The notes beneath the pieces are model-generated. The model saw nothing but the letters and a program-made list of their open reading frames with translations, searched no databases and was not told the DNA's origin. Source: Malacoraja senta (lineage: Eukaryota). Taken from it: 64,000 bases of DNA. The translations under genes and the position numbers were made by a program. Shown here piece by piece: positions 13,107-26,287 of this stretch; position 1 is the stretch's first letter; the number at the start of each line of letters is the position of its first letter. The stretch is taken from assembly GCA_038087875.1 (NCBI GenBank), contig CM075993.1:11224001-11288000 (forward strand). Direction: 5' to 3'.

Positions 13107-13820
13107 TCATGGAGTGATACAGTGTGGAAACAGGCCCTTCAGCCCAACTTGCCCACACCGGCCAACATGTCCCAGCTTGCGCTTGGCCCATATCCCTCCA
13201 AACCTGTCCTATCCATGTATCTGTCTAACTGTTTCTTAAACGTTGCGATAGTCCCAGCCTCAACTTCCTCCTCTGGCATTTAAGAAGGAACTGCAGATGC
13301 TGGAAAATCAAAGGTAGACATAAGGGCTGAGAAACTCAGCCGGTGCAGCAGCATCTATGGAGCGAAGGAAATAGGCAACGTTTCGGGCCGAAACGTTGCC
13401 TATTTCCTTCGCTCCATAGATGCTGCTGCACCCGCTGAGTTTCTCCAGCACTTTTGTCTACCTACGTCCTCTGGCAGCTTGTTCCATACACCCACCACTC
13501 TTGTGTGAAAAGGTTACCCCTCGGATTCCTATTGAATCTTTTCCCCTTCACCTTGAACCAAGTCCTCTGGTCCTCGATTCCTCTACTCTGGGCAAGAGAC
13601 TCTGTGCATCTACCCGATCTATTCCTCTCATGATTTTATCCACCGCTATAAGATCACCCCTCATCCTCCTGCGCTCCATGGAATAGAGTCCCAGCCTACT
13701 CAACTCTCCCTGTAGCTCACACCCTCTAGTCCTGGCAACATCCTCGTAAATCTTCTCTGAACCCTTTCAAGCTTGACAACATCTTTCCTATAACATGGTG
13801 CCCAGAACTAAACACAATAG
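13107..13820 (-). mobile_element. CR1-clade LINE 3' fragment (second subfamily) interrupted by a Penelope-derived palindrome
   Basis: CR1 C-terminal coding remnant and 3' UTR; insertion at 13279-13466 flanked by tcctctggca direct repeats. Confidence 0.8.
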
Positions 13821-14174
13821 TGAAGGAGTATTTATACAAACACATGAACGGGGGGCAGGGAATGGAGGGAGGTAGTCCATGTGCTGGGAGCTGGGATCAG
13901 GGTCGATTGGCTCCATGGTCAGCATGGATCTCAAGGGCCAAATGGCCTGTTCCTGTGCTCAAACGTTCTATGTTCCACATTCTCCCTGTGATGACGTGCA
14001 TTTCCACTGGGTGCTCCAGCTTCCTCTCAAACATGCTCAACATCATTGTGTAGATAAAGTCCAAAGTAATATCCATCAATTACACCGGGCGCTCACATTT
14101 ACTCCTCGTGCAGCGAGCGAGGCTGATTGTAAATTAGCTCGTGTAGGTTACTGGCAAGATAATCTAAGGGGAGG

Positions 14175-14567
<393 letters not shown>

Positions 14568-15694
14568 TACAAGTGCCGCAGATCTACAGTTAAAGCATAA
14601 TAGGGTCAAACAGCACAGATTGAGATTCATCCAGATTCAGGGACAGTTTCGTCCCTGCTGTTATCAGGCTACTGAACCATCCTATCACCTACCGGGGAGC
14701 GGTCCTGACTTACCATCTACCTCATTGGAGACCCTCAGACTATCTTTAAGGGGGTATTCTTTATTTTATCTTGCACTAAATGTTATTCCCTTTATCATTT
14801 ATCCGTACACTGTGGAGGGCTCGATTGGAATCATGTATAGTCTTTCCCTGTACCTGTATCATGTATAGGTTTTCACACAGAGAGTGGTGAATCTCTGGAA
14901 TTCTCTGCAACAGAAAGTAGTTGAGGCCAGTTCATTGGCATTATTTAAGAGGGAGTTAGATGTGGCCCTTGTGGCTAAAGGGATCAGGGGGTATGGAGAG
15001 AAGGCAGGTACAGGATACTGAGTTGGATGATCAGCCATGATCATATTGAATGGCGGTACAGGCTCGAAGAGCCGAATGGCCTACTCCTGCACCTATTGTC
15101 TATGTTTCTATGTTTGTGCTGACAGGTTAGCACGCAACAGATAAGCTTTTCTCTTGGTTCACGTGACAATGCACTAAACCAATAAACTAAACTGAACAGG
15201 CCCTTCAGCCTGACCCTTCAAGTTAAATATGGATGAGACAGGTGAAATTGCACTCCCAGGAGCAGGTAAGGTACATAATGGGCTGAATGGCCTCTTTCTA
15301 CGTCATTGTAAATGAAAGACCAGGTATAACTCTACTCCAAGCGCTGCTTACCTATTAGAAATACAGCTTCTTGGCGCACGGTGGTGCAGCAGTAGAGTTG
15401 CTGCCTCACAGCGCCAGAGACCCGGGTTTGATCCTGACTGCGGGCAATGTCCGTAGGGAGTTTGTACGTTCTCCCCGTGACGTGTGTGGGTTTTTTCCGG
15501 GTGCTCCGGTTTCCTCCCACACTCCAAAGACGTGCCGGTTTGTAGGCTAATTTGCTTGATATAAAATGTAAATTGTTCCTAGTGTGTGTCGGTTAGTGTT
15601 AGTGTGCGGCGATCACTGAAGGGCCTGTTTCCGCGCTGTATCTCTAAACTAAAATAAACCCAACTCACTAACGGCAGCCGGGTTAAACAGCAAA

Positions 15695-16100
15695 GGGGAT
15701 CTTATAGAAACATATGAAATTCTTAAAGGATTGGAGAGGCTAGATGCAAGAAAAATGTTCCCGGTGTTGGGGGGAGTCCAGAACCAGGGGTCACAGTTTA
15801 AGAATAAGGGGTGGGCCATTTAGAACTGAGATGAGGAAACACTTTTTCACCCAGAGAGTTGTGAATCTGTGGAATTCTCTGCCACAGAAGGCAGTGGAGG
15901 CCAATTCACTGCATGTTTTCAAGAGAGAGTTAGATTTAGCTCTTAGGGCTAACGGAATCGAGGAATATTGGGGAGAAAGCAGGAACGGGTTACTGATTCT
16001 GGATGATCAGCCATGATCATATTGAATGGCGGTGCTGGCTCGAAGGAGCGAGTGGCCTACTCCTGCACCTATTTTATTATTTTTCTATCTTTCTATGTTT
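15695..16100 (+). mobile_element. CR1-clade LINE 3' end
   Basis: [12 protein letters not shown]...FFTQRVVNLWNSLP motif plus conserved 3' UTR. Confidence 0.85.
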
Positions 16101-16896
16101 GCTCCCTGAGCTTGGTGCCACGAGCTTATATTGCCGCGGTATAATTTATGGAAATTAATTTAGATTTTGTTCTGACAGTGACGTTGAGTATATTTGGGAA
16201 GATGAACTGTTGGCAGGAGTCGGGCGAAGACTCTGCAACTGTGTGAGATCACCTCACTGCATCAGGACCGGTTTTACACGCTCCTACTTAGCTGGGTGAC
16301 ACTGACTGATGTGGTGCCTTGTAAATATTGTAGCAGGATTATATTATACTTCATAGCAATCATTCTAACAAATCATTTCATCAAACAGTGGTGTGAACCA
16401 TCTATCCTGTTTAGTTAAACAGATATATATCAATATATTTCAATGCAATCTGGGCAGTTCTGTAATAAAGCAGCGTTTACCTATTGGAAACAAAAACAGC
16501 TCCTTGCACCATTCACATGAAGTGTGAAAACGCACATCTCCAGATTCAGGGATAGTTTCTTCCCAGTTTTTAATAGACACAAAATGCTGGAGTAACTCAG
16601 CGAGACAGGCAACATCTCTGCATAGAAGGAATGGGTGACCTTTTGGGTCAAGACCCTTCTTCAGACTGTAACGTCACCCATTCCTTCTCTCCAGAGATGC
16701 TGCCTGTCCTACTGAGTTACTCCAGCATTTTGTGTCTGGCTTCAGTGTAAACCAGCATCTGCAGTTCCTTCCTACACAGTTTCTTCCCAGCTGTTATCAG
16801 GCAACTGATTCACCCTACCACAACCAGAGAGCAGTGCTGAACTACTATCTACCTCATTGGTGACCCTTGGACTATCCTTGATCAGACTTCGCTGGC

Positions 16897-17414
16897 TTCC
16901 TCCAACCTCATCTATTGCATCCGCTGCTCTAGATGCCAGCTGATCTACATCGGTGAGACCAAGCGGAGGCTTGGCGATCGTTTCGCCGAACACCTCCGGT
17001 CGGTCCGCAATAACCAACCTGCCCTCCCGGTGGCTCAGCACTTCAACCCCCCCTCCCATTCCGTATCTGACCTCTCTGCCCTGGGACTCCTCCATGGCCA
17101 CAGCGAGCAACACCGGAAATTGGAGGAAATGCACCTCATATTCCGCTTGGGCAGTCTGCATCCTGGGGGCTTGAACATTGAATTCTCCCAATTCTGCTAG
17201 CCCTTGCTGTCCCCTCCCCTTCATCATCCATCTGGTTGTCTCCTCCCCTCCCCTAGCCCTCGGGCTCCTCCTCTGCCTTTTTTCCTTTTTTCCTTTCTTC
17301 TCCCCACCCCCTATCAGTCGGAAGAAGGGTTTCGGCCCGAAACGTTGCCTATTTCCTTCGCTCCATAGATGCTGCTGCACCCGCTGAGTTTCTCCAGCAT
17401 TTTTGTGTACCTTC
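16897..17414 (+). mobile_element. Penelope-like element 3' part: GIY-YIG endonuclease and terminal repeat
   Basis: SNLIYCIRCSRCQLIYIGETKRRLGDRFAEH...VAQHFN...LEEMHLIFRLGSLHPGGLNIEF, followed by the repeat carrying a hammerhead-like core at ~17319-17346. Confidence 0.9.
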
Positions 17415-17913
17415 GCTGGCTTTACCTTGCACTAAACATTATTCCCTTATCATGTATCACTGCACTGTAAATGGCCCGATTGTAATCATGTATTGTCTTT
17501 CTGCTGACTGGTTAGCACGCAACAAAAGCTGTTACACCTCGTTACACGTGACGGTAAACTAAGCTAAAACTTCCAGTCTTTGTGGAATTCCTCTCAATGT
17601 CTGAACTAGTGGAAGCTTTGGAATGAGCAACACTTAATCATGTCGACCCGAAACGTCACCCATTCCTTCTCTCCAGAGATGCTGCCTGTCCCGCTGAGTT
17701 ACTCCAGCATTTTGTGTCTATCTTGGGTAGATAGTAGTTCAGGACTGCTCTCTGGTTGTGGCAGGATAGTTCAGTTGCCCGATAACTGCTGGGAAGAAAC
17801 TGTCCCTGAATCTGGAGGTGTGCCTTTTCACACTTCTGTACATTTTGGCATCTGCAGTTCCTTCCTGCACAATTAGACGTGTGTGTGGGTCCAGGTCGAG
17901 CAGGCTAAGTTGA

Positions 17914-18218
17914 AGGTTGTGGTGCAAAGCTGCTTATACAGGCTACAAACGCGGCCTTCGAAACCAAAGAGAGCATATACAGATCTAGTGAAGATTGCCG
18001 CAATGAGACTGTCTTTACCTGGGCAAGAGATTTGCCCACGTCTACAAGGGAAAGACCAACACTGTTACTCCTGGTGGTAAACCAAATAAAACCTGCGTCA
18101 TTTGGGGTAAAGTGACTCGTTCTCATGGAACAGTTGCATGGTGGTGCCAAGTAGTAACCTGCCTGCGAAGGCTATTGGGCATAGGACTCCTGTGATGCTG
18201 CACCCATCAAGAATTTAA
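17914..18218 (+). pseudogene. RPL35A: Processed pseudogene of 60S ribosomal protein L35a
   Basis: Intronless translation across frameshifts gives RLWCKAAYTGYKRGLRNQREH...[38 protein letters not shown]...[20 protein letters not shown], matching the remembered RPL35A sequence; no ATG, several indels, A-rich tract at ~18261-18280. Confidence 0.93.
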
Positions 18219-21200
18219 AGCAACGGTGTACATACATTGGAAATAAGCAGTAAATTTGTCTAAAAATATATAATATTAAAGTGTGAAGTTTGAGTAAGGG
18301 ACGTGTGGGGGGCAGGGGCAGGGGCAGGGGCTGTGGTGAGAGGGGGCGGCGGGTAACCTGTGCCACGTTAGTGATGATGACTGCGCCGAGACTTTCTTAG
18401 GCTGCCCTCCACACCTCCCGCCTGCAGCGACCACGTTTCAAGTGGAGCGCCCGATGGAGATAGGGAGCGCAGGGCAGCTCTGTACGTCTTCTTTTCCCCA
18501 TTTCAATCGCTGGGGAAGTGACAGGACCTCCTCATTAGGCCTAATAAAGCAGGCAAGTGTTAGTGCCAGAGCTGTGTGTGTCTGTGGATGGGGTCACTCC
18601 ACTATTCCAGGTGCCGCCTTGGGGCACTCCTTACACTTGCTACATAAGTGGCACATTACAGCCCTGCTCATATCATATTCAAATGCAAAAAAAAAAAGGA
18701 ACATATTTTCCCCGTGATTTGCCGGCCAGGAACAAAAGAGACTCTCTAATCAAACGAGCCTGACAATTTGATGTCTTGACATTAAAAGCAGCGAGCGGCA
18801 GGGCTGTGCCAAATGCACCACATTACTTACAGCTATCTCTTTGAATTGGAGAAGAATCATTTCTTTGTTAAGAAAATTAAAAATTCATCAGACGGAAAGC
18901 CGTCTGAGGTCCGGCGGAATGCGCTCTGGTGATGGAACCAACATTTGTAAAGGTTCCAGTTCCTTAAGCGATGATTGTTAGTGATCGCTGCCTTATTAAG
19001 AGCTGTGGGAGTGGGTTGGCATTGGAGAGGAGGGGGTGCCTGTATAGTCTGAGCTTCGCTACGGGTCTACTCTGCGAGGGACACATTAACCGCCTCGCTG
19101 CTACAGTCCCTCGTTTATATTCAGCTGCCAGACATAAGATTCTGCTCAGGCATCAGTCTGAAGAAGGGTTTCGGCCCGAAACGTTGCCTATTTCCTTCGC
19201 TCCATAGATGCTGCTGCACCCGCTGAGTTTCTCCAGCACTTTTGTCTACCATAAGATTTAGCTCTTAGGGCTAACGGAATCAAGGGATATGGGGAGAAAG
19301 CAGGAACGGGGTACTGATTCTGGATGATCAGACATGATCATATTGAATGGCTCGAAGGGCTGAATGGCCTACTCCTGCACCTATTGTCTATGTTTCTAAC
19401 TCAGAAGACCCAAAACGTCGCCTATTGCTTCTCTCCAGAGATGCTGCCTGACCCGCTGAGTTACTCCAGCACTTTGTGTCTTGTCATAAGTTCTAGGAGC
19501 GGACATCGGCCGTTCGGCCCATCACGGTGGAGGAGCGGGTAGAGTTGCTGCCTCGCAGCGGGAGAGACGCGGGTTCAATCCAGGCTATGGGTGCTGTCCG
19601 AATGGAGTTTGTACCTTCTCCCTGTGACCTGCGTGGGTTTCCCCCGGATGCACTCCCACACCACAAAGCCATGCAGGTTTGGAGGTCAAGAGGCTTCCGT
19701 AAAATTATGAATTGTACCTAATGTGTGTAGGATAGTGCTAGTGGCAGGCATGGACTCAGTGGGCCGAAGAGCCTGTTTGCATGCTGTATCTCTAAACTAA
19801 AATATATCTCTAAACTCAGTCTACTCCACCATTCAATCATGGCTCATCTATCTTTCCTTCCAGACCTCATTCTCTGGCCTTCTCCCCATAACCCCTGACA
19901 TCCATACTAATCAAGAACCTGTCAATCTCTGCCTAAAAAATAGGCCGTCTCTGTCAATGAATTCCACAGATTCACCACCCTCTGACTAAAGAAATGTCTC
20001 CTCATCTCCTTTCTGAATGTGCGTCCTTTTATTCTGAGGCTGTGGCCTCTGGTCCTAGACTCTCCCACCAGTGATGACATTCTCTTCCACATCCACTCAA
20101 TCCAGGCCTTTCACTATTCGGTAAGTTTCACTGAGGTTTCTCGCTCATCCTTCTAAACCCCAGCGAGTACAGGCCCAGTGCCGTCAAACGCACATCGTAC
20201 GTTAACCCACTCATTCCTGGGATCATTCAAATGGGACAATAAGTTGGGGGCGGCACAGTGACGCAGTGGTAGAGTTGCTGCCTTACAGCGCCAGAGACAT
20301 GGGTTCGATCCTGACTACGGATGCTGTCTGTACAAAGTTTGTATGTTCATCTCGTGACCAAGCGGGTTTTCTCCAAGACCTTCGGTTTCCTCCCACACTC
20401 CAAAGACGTACAGGTTTGTAGGTTAATTGGCTTGGTATTAATGTCACATTGTCCCTAGTGTGTGTGGGATAGTGTCTTGTGATAATGTACGGAGATCAGT
20501 GGGTGGAAGGGCCTGTTTCCGCGCTGTATGACTGTATGACTCCACAACTCTAACTCCAACACTGACTCCTCATAAATCAACCCAAAACTCACCTCCACAG
20601 AGTTCCCAGCTGATGTTGGTCTGAAGAAGGCTCTCAACCCAAAACATCACCCATTCCTTCTCTCCAGAGATGCTGCCTGAGTTACTCCAGCATTTTGTGT
20701 CTATCTTCGATTTAATCCGGCATCTGCAGTTCCTTCCTACACATGATTTTGGGCCCTCATGCACAAGCTAACGGGGACACAAGGAACTTCAGATGCTGGT
20801 TTACAAAGAAAGGACACAAAGTGCTGGAGGAACTCAGCGGGTCATGCAGCATCTCTGGATAACATGGATAGGTGAGGCTTCGGGTCACAGGACCCTTCCA
20901 ATTAAGACGGAGACACAAGGAACTGCAGATGCTGGAATCTTGACTAAAACACAAAGTGATGGAGTAACCTAGCAGGTCAGGCAGCTTCTGTGGAGAACAC
21001 AGGCAGGCAACATTTTGGGTTGGAATCCTCCTCTGACTTCAGTCTGAAAAACGGGTCCTGTCTTGAAACTTCACCAATCCACGTTTTACGGAGTTTTACT
21101 CAAGATTCCAGCATCTGCAGTTCCTTGTGTTGAACCATCCAAGTGGTAAAGAAAGGGAAGGCTACTACCTACACCCTCAAGCTCATTCCCAATGGTGTAT

Positions 21201-21699
21201 CCATGACAACACTTCCAAAGTTCCTCATTGACTGTAGAGGACTTCAGAAGTTCAAGGAACATGGAATTATCCACAAAAATATGGTGATAACAGCTCCTGT
21301 TACAGGTGTGATAGTGGAAGCAGGCATTGTCTCCAGCTCAAAACACTGGAGTGACTCAGCGGGACAGGCAGCATCTCTGGCGATAAGGAATAGGTGACGT
21401 TTCGTGTCAGCACCCTTCTTCAGAGGCAGGGGACTATCAAATTTCCCCCATCAAAGTTCTGGACTAACTCAGCGGGTCAGGCAGCAACTCTGGAGAACAT
21501 GGATAGATGACATTTTGGGTCGGGACCCGTCTTCTGCTAACCCAAAGTCTCGTCTATCAATGTCCTCCACAGATGCTGCCTGGCCCACTGAGTTACTCCA
21601 GCACTTTGTGTTTTAGATCTCCATTCACTCCACCATTTAAATGTGGTCGATGATTTTACATTGATGATATGTGTGTCTCTGGGTCATAGATACTGTACA

Positions 21700-23185
21700 T
21701 AGACAATAGGTGCAGGAGTAGGCCATTCGGCCCTTCAAACCAGCACCGCCATTCAATGTGATCATGGCTGATCATCCACAATCAGTACCCCATTCCTGCC
21801 TTCTCCCATACCCCTTGATTCCTCTAGTCCCTAAGAGCTCTATGTAACTCTCTTAATAATGCATCCATTGAATCGGCCTCCACTACCTACTGAGGCAGAG
21901 AATTCCACAAATTCACAACTGTCCGTGTGAAAACGTTTTTCCTCAGAGTTCTAAATGGCCTATCCCTTATTCTTAAACTGTGGCCCCTGATTCTGGACCC
22001 CCAAGATCAGGAACATGTTTCCTGCCTCTAGCGCGTCCAATCCCTTAATAATTTTATATGTTTCTATAAGATTCTCTCTCATCCTTCTAAATTCCAGTGA
22101 ATACAAGCCCAGTCGATCCATTCTTTCACCACCAGGGGCGCCGCACGATTGGCAGCCTCGCCAACATTCCTGTCTGTTTTTTCGTATTATTTTTATTTTT
22201 AGTGTGTGTTAAAAGTTTGTGTAAATGTTCTCGGTTTGTTTTATGTGGGGGGAGGGGGTGGGAGGAGGGGGGAACTTTTTTTTTCAGTTTCTTACCTTGC
22301 CTGAGATGTGATTATTTTCCAGATCGCATCTCCGGTCGCTCTGCGGCCTACCATCGATGGAGCTGGAGGCCTCTTCAGACTGACTTGAACCCGCCTGGGA
22401 TCGCTCCAATCGCGGCCTGTGGACTTACCTTCGCTATTTCGCCGTCTCAGGAGCGGCTAGTCAGGAGTTCCATCAACGCAGAGGTTCGACCAGCCCCGAC
22501 GCGGGGCTCGATCGCCAGTGCGGGCGAGCTGACATTCCCCCCCCCCGATGCAAGAGCTGATCGCCCCGATGCGGAGGGCCAAATCGCCACCGGTGAGTCA
22601 AGATCGTCCTGTCAACGGAGGGTTCGAGAGCTAAGGGAAGAGATTTAAACTTTTTTTCGCCTTCCATCACAGTGAGGAATGTGGAGGAGTCACTGTGGTG
22701 GATGTTTATGTTAAAATGTATTTTGTGTGTTCTGTTACATTTTATTTGAATGACTGACTTGGCAAATGAAATTCCTCGTATGTTGCAAAACATACTTGGC
22801 TAATAAAGTATTATTGTGAATGTGATTGTGAAACAGGCCCGCCATTCCGGGAATTAACCTGGTGAACCTACGCTGCACTCCCTCAATAGCAAGAATGTCC
22901 TTCCTCAAATTAGGAGACCAAAACTGCACACAATACTCCAGGTGTGGTCTGTACAACTGCAGAAGGACCTCTTTGCTCCCATACTCAACTCATCTCGTTA
23001 TGAAGGCCAACATGCCATTAGCTTTCTACAATGCCTGCTGTATATGCATGTTTACTTTCAGTGACTGGTGTACATGGACACCCAGGTCTCGTTGTACTTC
23101 CTCTTTTCCTAACCTGACACCATTCAGATAATAATCTGCCTTCCCTTTCCTGCCTCCAAAGTGGATAACCTCACATTTATCCACA
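21700..23185 (-). mobile_element. CR1-clade LINE 3' part split by a GC-rich non-autonomous element
   Basis: CR1 sequence stops near 22127 and resumes near 22836 ([11 protein letters not shown]). Confidence 0.85.
22128..22832 (+). mobile_element. GC-rich non-autonomous retroelement with LINE-like 3' tail
   Basis: Head caccaggggcgccg, T-rich tract, GC-rich core, tail ttccatcacagtgagg...catacttggctaataaagtattat; related copies at ~29280-29990 and ~58280-59130. Confidence 0.65.
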
Positions 23186-25106
23186 TTATACACTATGAAT
23201 GTGTATTGTTTACACGCTGTTCTGGGAACACCAACCTACACACACTGGGGACAATTTACAATTATACCAAACCTGTACGTCTTTTGAGTGTGGGAGGAAA
23301 CTGGATCACCCAGAGGAAACCCACGTGGTCACAGGGAGAACAAGTTCATGTTATAGCAGTAGAATTAGGCCATTCGGCCCATCAAGTCTACTCTGCCATT
23401 TTATCATCGCTGATCTCTGCCTCCTAATCCCATTTTTCTCTCTTCTCCCATAACCCTTGACCCCCGTTCTAATCAAGAAATTGTCTACCTCTGCCTTAAA
23501 AGTATCCACAGATGGTTTCCACAGCTGTCTGTGGCAATGAATTCCACAGATTAACTACCCTCTGACTAAAGAGGTTCCTCCTCATCTCCTTTCAAAAAGA
23601 GTGCCCTTTAATTCTGAGGCTATGACCTATGTTCCTAGACTCTCCCAGCAGTGGAAACATCCTCTCCACATCCACTCTATGCCTTTTATTATTCTGTAAG
23701 TATCAATGAGGTTCCCCCTTCAACATCTAAACTCCAGCGCGTGGACGCCCAGTGCTTTCAAACGCTCATCATCAACGTCTACTCATTCCTGGAATCAGAA
23801 AGTACAAACTCTGTACAGACAGCACCCATAGTCAGGATCGAACCTGGGTCTCTGCAGCTGCAAGGCAGCAACTCTACCGCTGCGCCACCGTGCCGTCGGA
23901 GATGGATGAGACCGTGATGGGTTTAGGGAAGCAAAAAGAGGAAAGCTATTCTCTGAGTGATGAAGAGGAATTGATGAGCCTGTGAAAGGAAATGAGTTGT
24001 GAAGCTTCAGAATAGTTAAGGGTAAGGTGGAATGGGAACTCTGAGGGCCCCAGGAACTGTATATGCTGGAATCTGTCCCGAGGTGAAACATGGCCTGACA
24101 TTACCTCGATAGAATGGATGTGGAGAGAATGTTCCACTAGTGGGAGAGTCTCGGACCAGAGGGCACAGCCTCAGAATAAAAGGACGTTCCGTTAGGAAGT
24201 AGATGAGGGGGAATTTCTTTTGTCAGAGGGTGGTGAATCTGTGGAATTCATTGCCACAGACGGCTGTGGAGGCCAAGTCAATGGATATTCTTAAGGTTGA
24301 TTGATTCATGATTAGTACGGGCGTCGGGGGTTATGGGGAGAAAGCAGGAGAATGGGTTTGAGAGGGAAAGATAGATCAGACGTGATTGAATGGTGGAGTA
24401 GACAGACTTATTGGGCAGAATGGCCTAATTCTGCTCCTATCACTTCTGAACCTATGAACATATTACTCCAGCGTTTTGTGTTTGCAATCGGATCAATGTG
24501 ATTACTGCGCAGAGTATAGACCTAAAGTACCGAGTCACCGCGGCCTGCTTCATCATAAGTAAATAAGTTATTTAGAGTTATTTGAAAGTTTATACATTTT
24601 TTGGTGGCATTCAGAGTATTGTGTTCAGTTTTGGTCACCCTGCTATGTACTTTAGAATTTGGACTTCGAAGATACAATGTGGAAACAGGCCCTTCGGCCC
24701 ACCGAGTCCGTGCCGACCAGCAATCGCCCCGTACACTAACACTATCCGACACACTGGGACAATTTGACAACTTACCGACGCCAATTAACCGACAAAGCTG
24801 TAGGTCTTTGGAGTATGGGAGGAAACCGGAGCACCTGGAGAAAACCCACGTGGTCACAGGGGAGAAGGTACAAAGTCCGTAGAGACAGCGCCCATCGTGA
24901 GGATTGAACCTGGGCCTCTGGCGCAGTAAGGCAGCAATCTACCTCTGTGCCAGTGTACTGCCCAAAACTTGCATTTTAAATCGTGGGATCGGAAAGATGG
25001 AATTAGGCTGGAAAGAGCGCAGAGAAGATTTACGTGGATATTGCCAGGTCTTGAGGGCCCTGGGTTGTAGGATGCGGTTAGGCAGGTTAGGGCTATATTG
25101 TTTAAG

Positions 25107-25632
25107 AAGAAACTGCAGATACTGGAAAATCGAAGGTAGACAAAAGTGCTGAAGAAACTCAGCGGGTGCAGCAGCACCTATGTAGCGAAGGAAATAGGGA
25201 ACGTTTCGGGCCGAAACCCTTCTTCAGACTTATGTAGGGTGGGGGATGGGGGGTGTGTGGGGGGGGGGGGTTGGGGAGAAGAAAGGAGAAAGGAAGAGGA
25301 GGAGCCAGAGGGCTGAGGGAGCGCTGAGAAGGGGAGGAGACAGCAAGGGCTACCGGAAATTGGAGAATTCAATGTTTATGCCGCTAGGGTGCAGACTGCC
25401 CAAGCGGAATATGAGGTGCTGCTCCTCCAATTTCCGGTGGTGTTCACTCTGGCCATGGAGGAAGCCCAGGACAGAAAGGTCGGATTCGGAATGGGAGGGG
25501 GAGTTGAAGTGCTGAGCCACCGGGAGATCAGGTTGGTTAATGCGGACCGAGCGGAGGTGTTCGGCGAAACGATCGCCAAGCCTACGCTTGGTCTCACCGA
25601 TGTAGATCAGCTGACATCTAGAGCAGCGGATG
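25107..25632 (-). mobile_element. Penelope-like element 3' part (GIY-YIG plus terminal repeat)
   Basis: Reverse complement closely matches 16897-17414; hammerhead-like core at ~25200-25227. Confidence 0.9.
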
Positions 25633-25881
25633 CTCTAGATGTCTATATTCCTTGGAGCGCAAGAGGGTGAGGGGAGATGGGGAATATAAAATCATGAGGG
25701 GAATAGAGAGAATGAATTAATCGAGCCTTTTATCCATGGTCGGGGAATTAATCACTGGTGGGCAAAGGTTTAAAGTGAGAGGGGAAAGATTTAATAGGAA
25801 ACTGAGGGGCAACATTTTCACACAGAGGATGGTGGGTAAATGGAATGAGATTGTAGAGGAGGTATTTGGGGCAGGTATTCT

Positions 25882-26287
25882 TTGGTCCCCCTCAGTCAAG
25901 GCTGACCATCTCCAGGGTTGGAGGACGCCTGTGCGTGACTTTGTTTAACGTGGGGAGATTGGTGCACAGACAGCCACCAATCTCCCCACGTGGTCCTTGA
26001 CAGATCTGGGTCAGGATCCAGTGGCATGGAGTCCAAGACGACCGGAGACCCTTTTCTGCTGCAGCCTTCATCCGCCTTCCCAGCCGTTGTGACGTTCCAC
26101 TAGGGTCAGCCATCATCCTCCGCCTGTTCCACCGTTGAGGTCTTGGTTGGATTGCTCTTTGTCAGAGTCCTCCCCCTCAGCCTTACCGCCATGGGTGGCC
26201 CTACCAGGAGCATAGCTCCAGACGGCATCACTCTCAGGATCTCAGGACCACACAAGCTTTCTCCACCACGACAAGGTGACAATCCAA
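25882..26287 (-). mobile_element. RTE-clade-derived short non-autonomous element (5' head plus 3' tail)
   Basis: Minus strand begins tggattgtcaccttgtcgtggtggag...agggccaccca...tgacaaagagcaatcca, resembling recalled Expander/BovB 5' ends; tattct direct repeats at 25876-25881 and 26288-26293 inside a CR1 fragment. Confidence 0.6.

Noticed and set aside
18899..18908. Resemblance to the Neisseria DNA uptake sequence (GCCGTCTGA)
   Set aside because: Single imperfect match in vertebrate context; most likely chance
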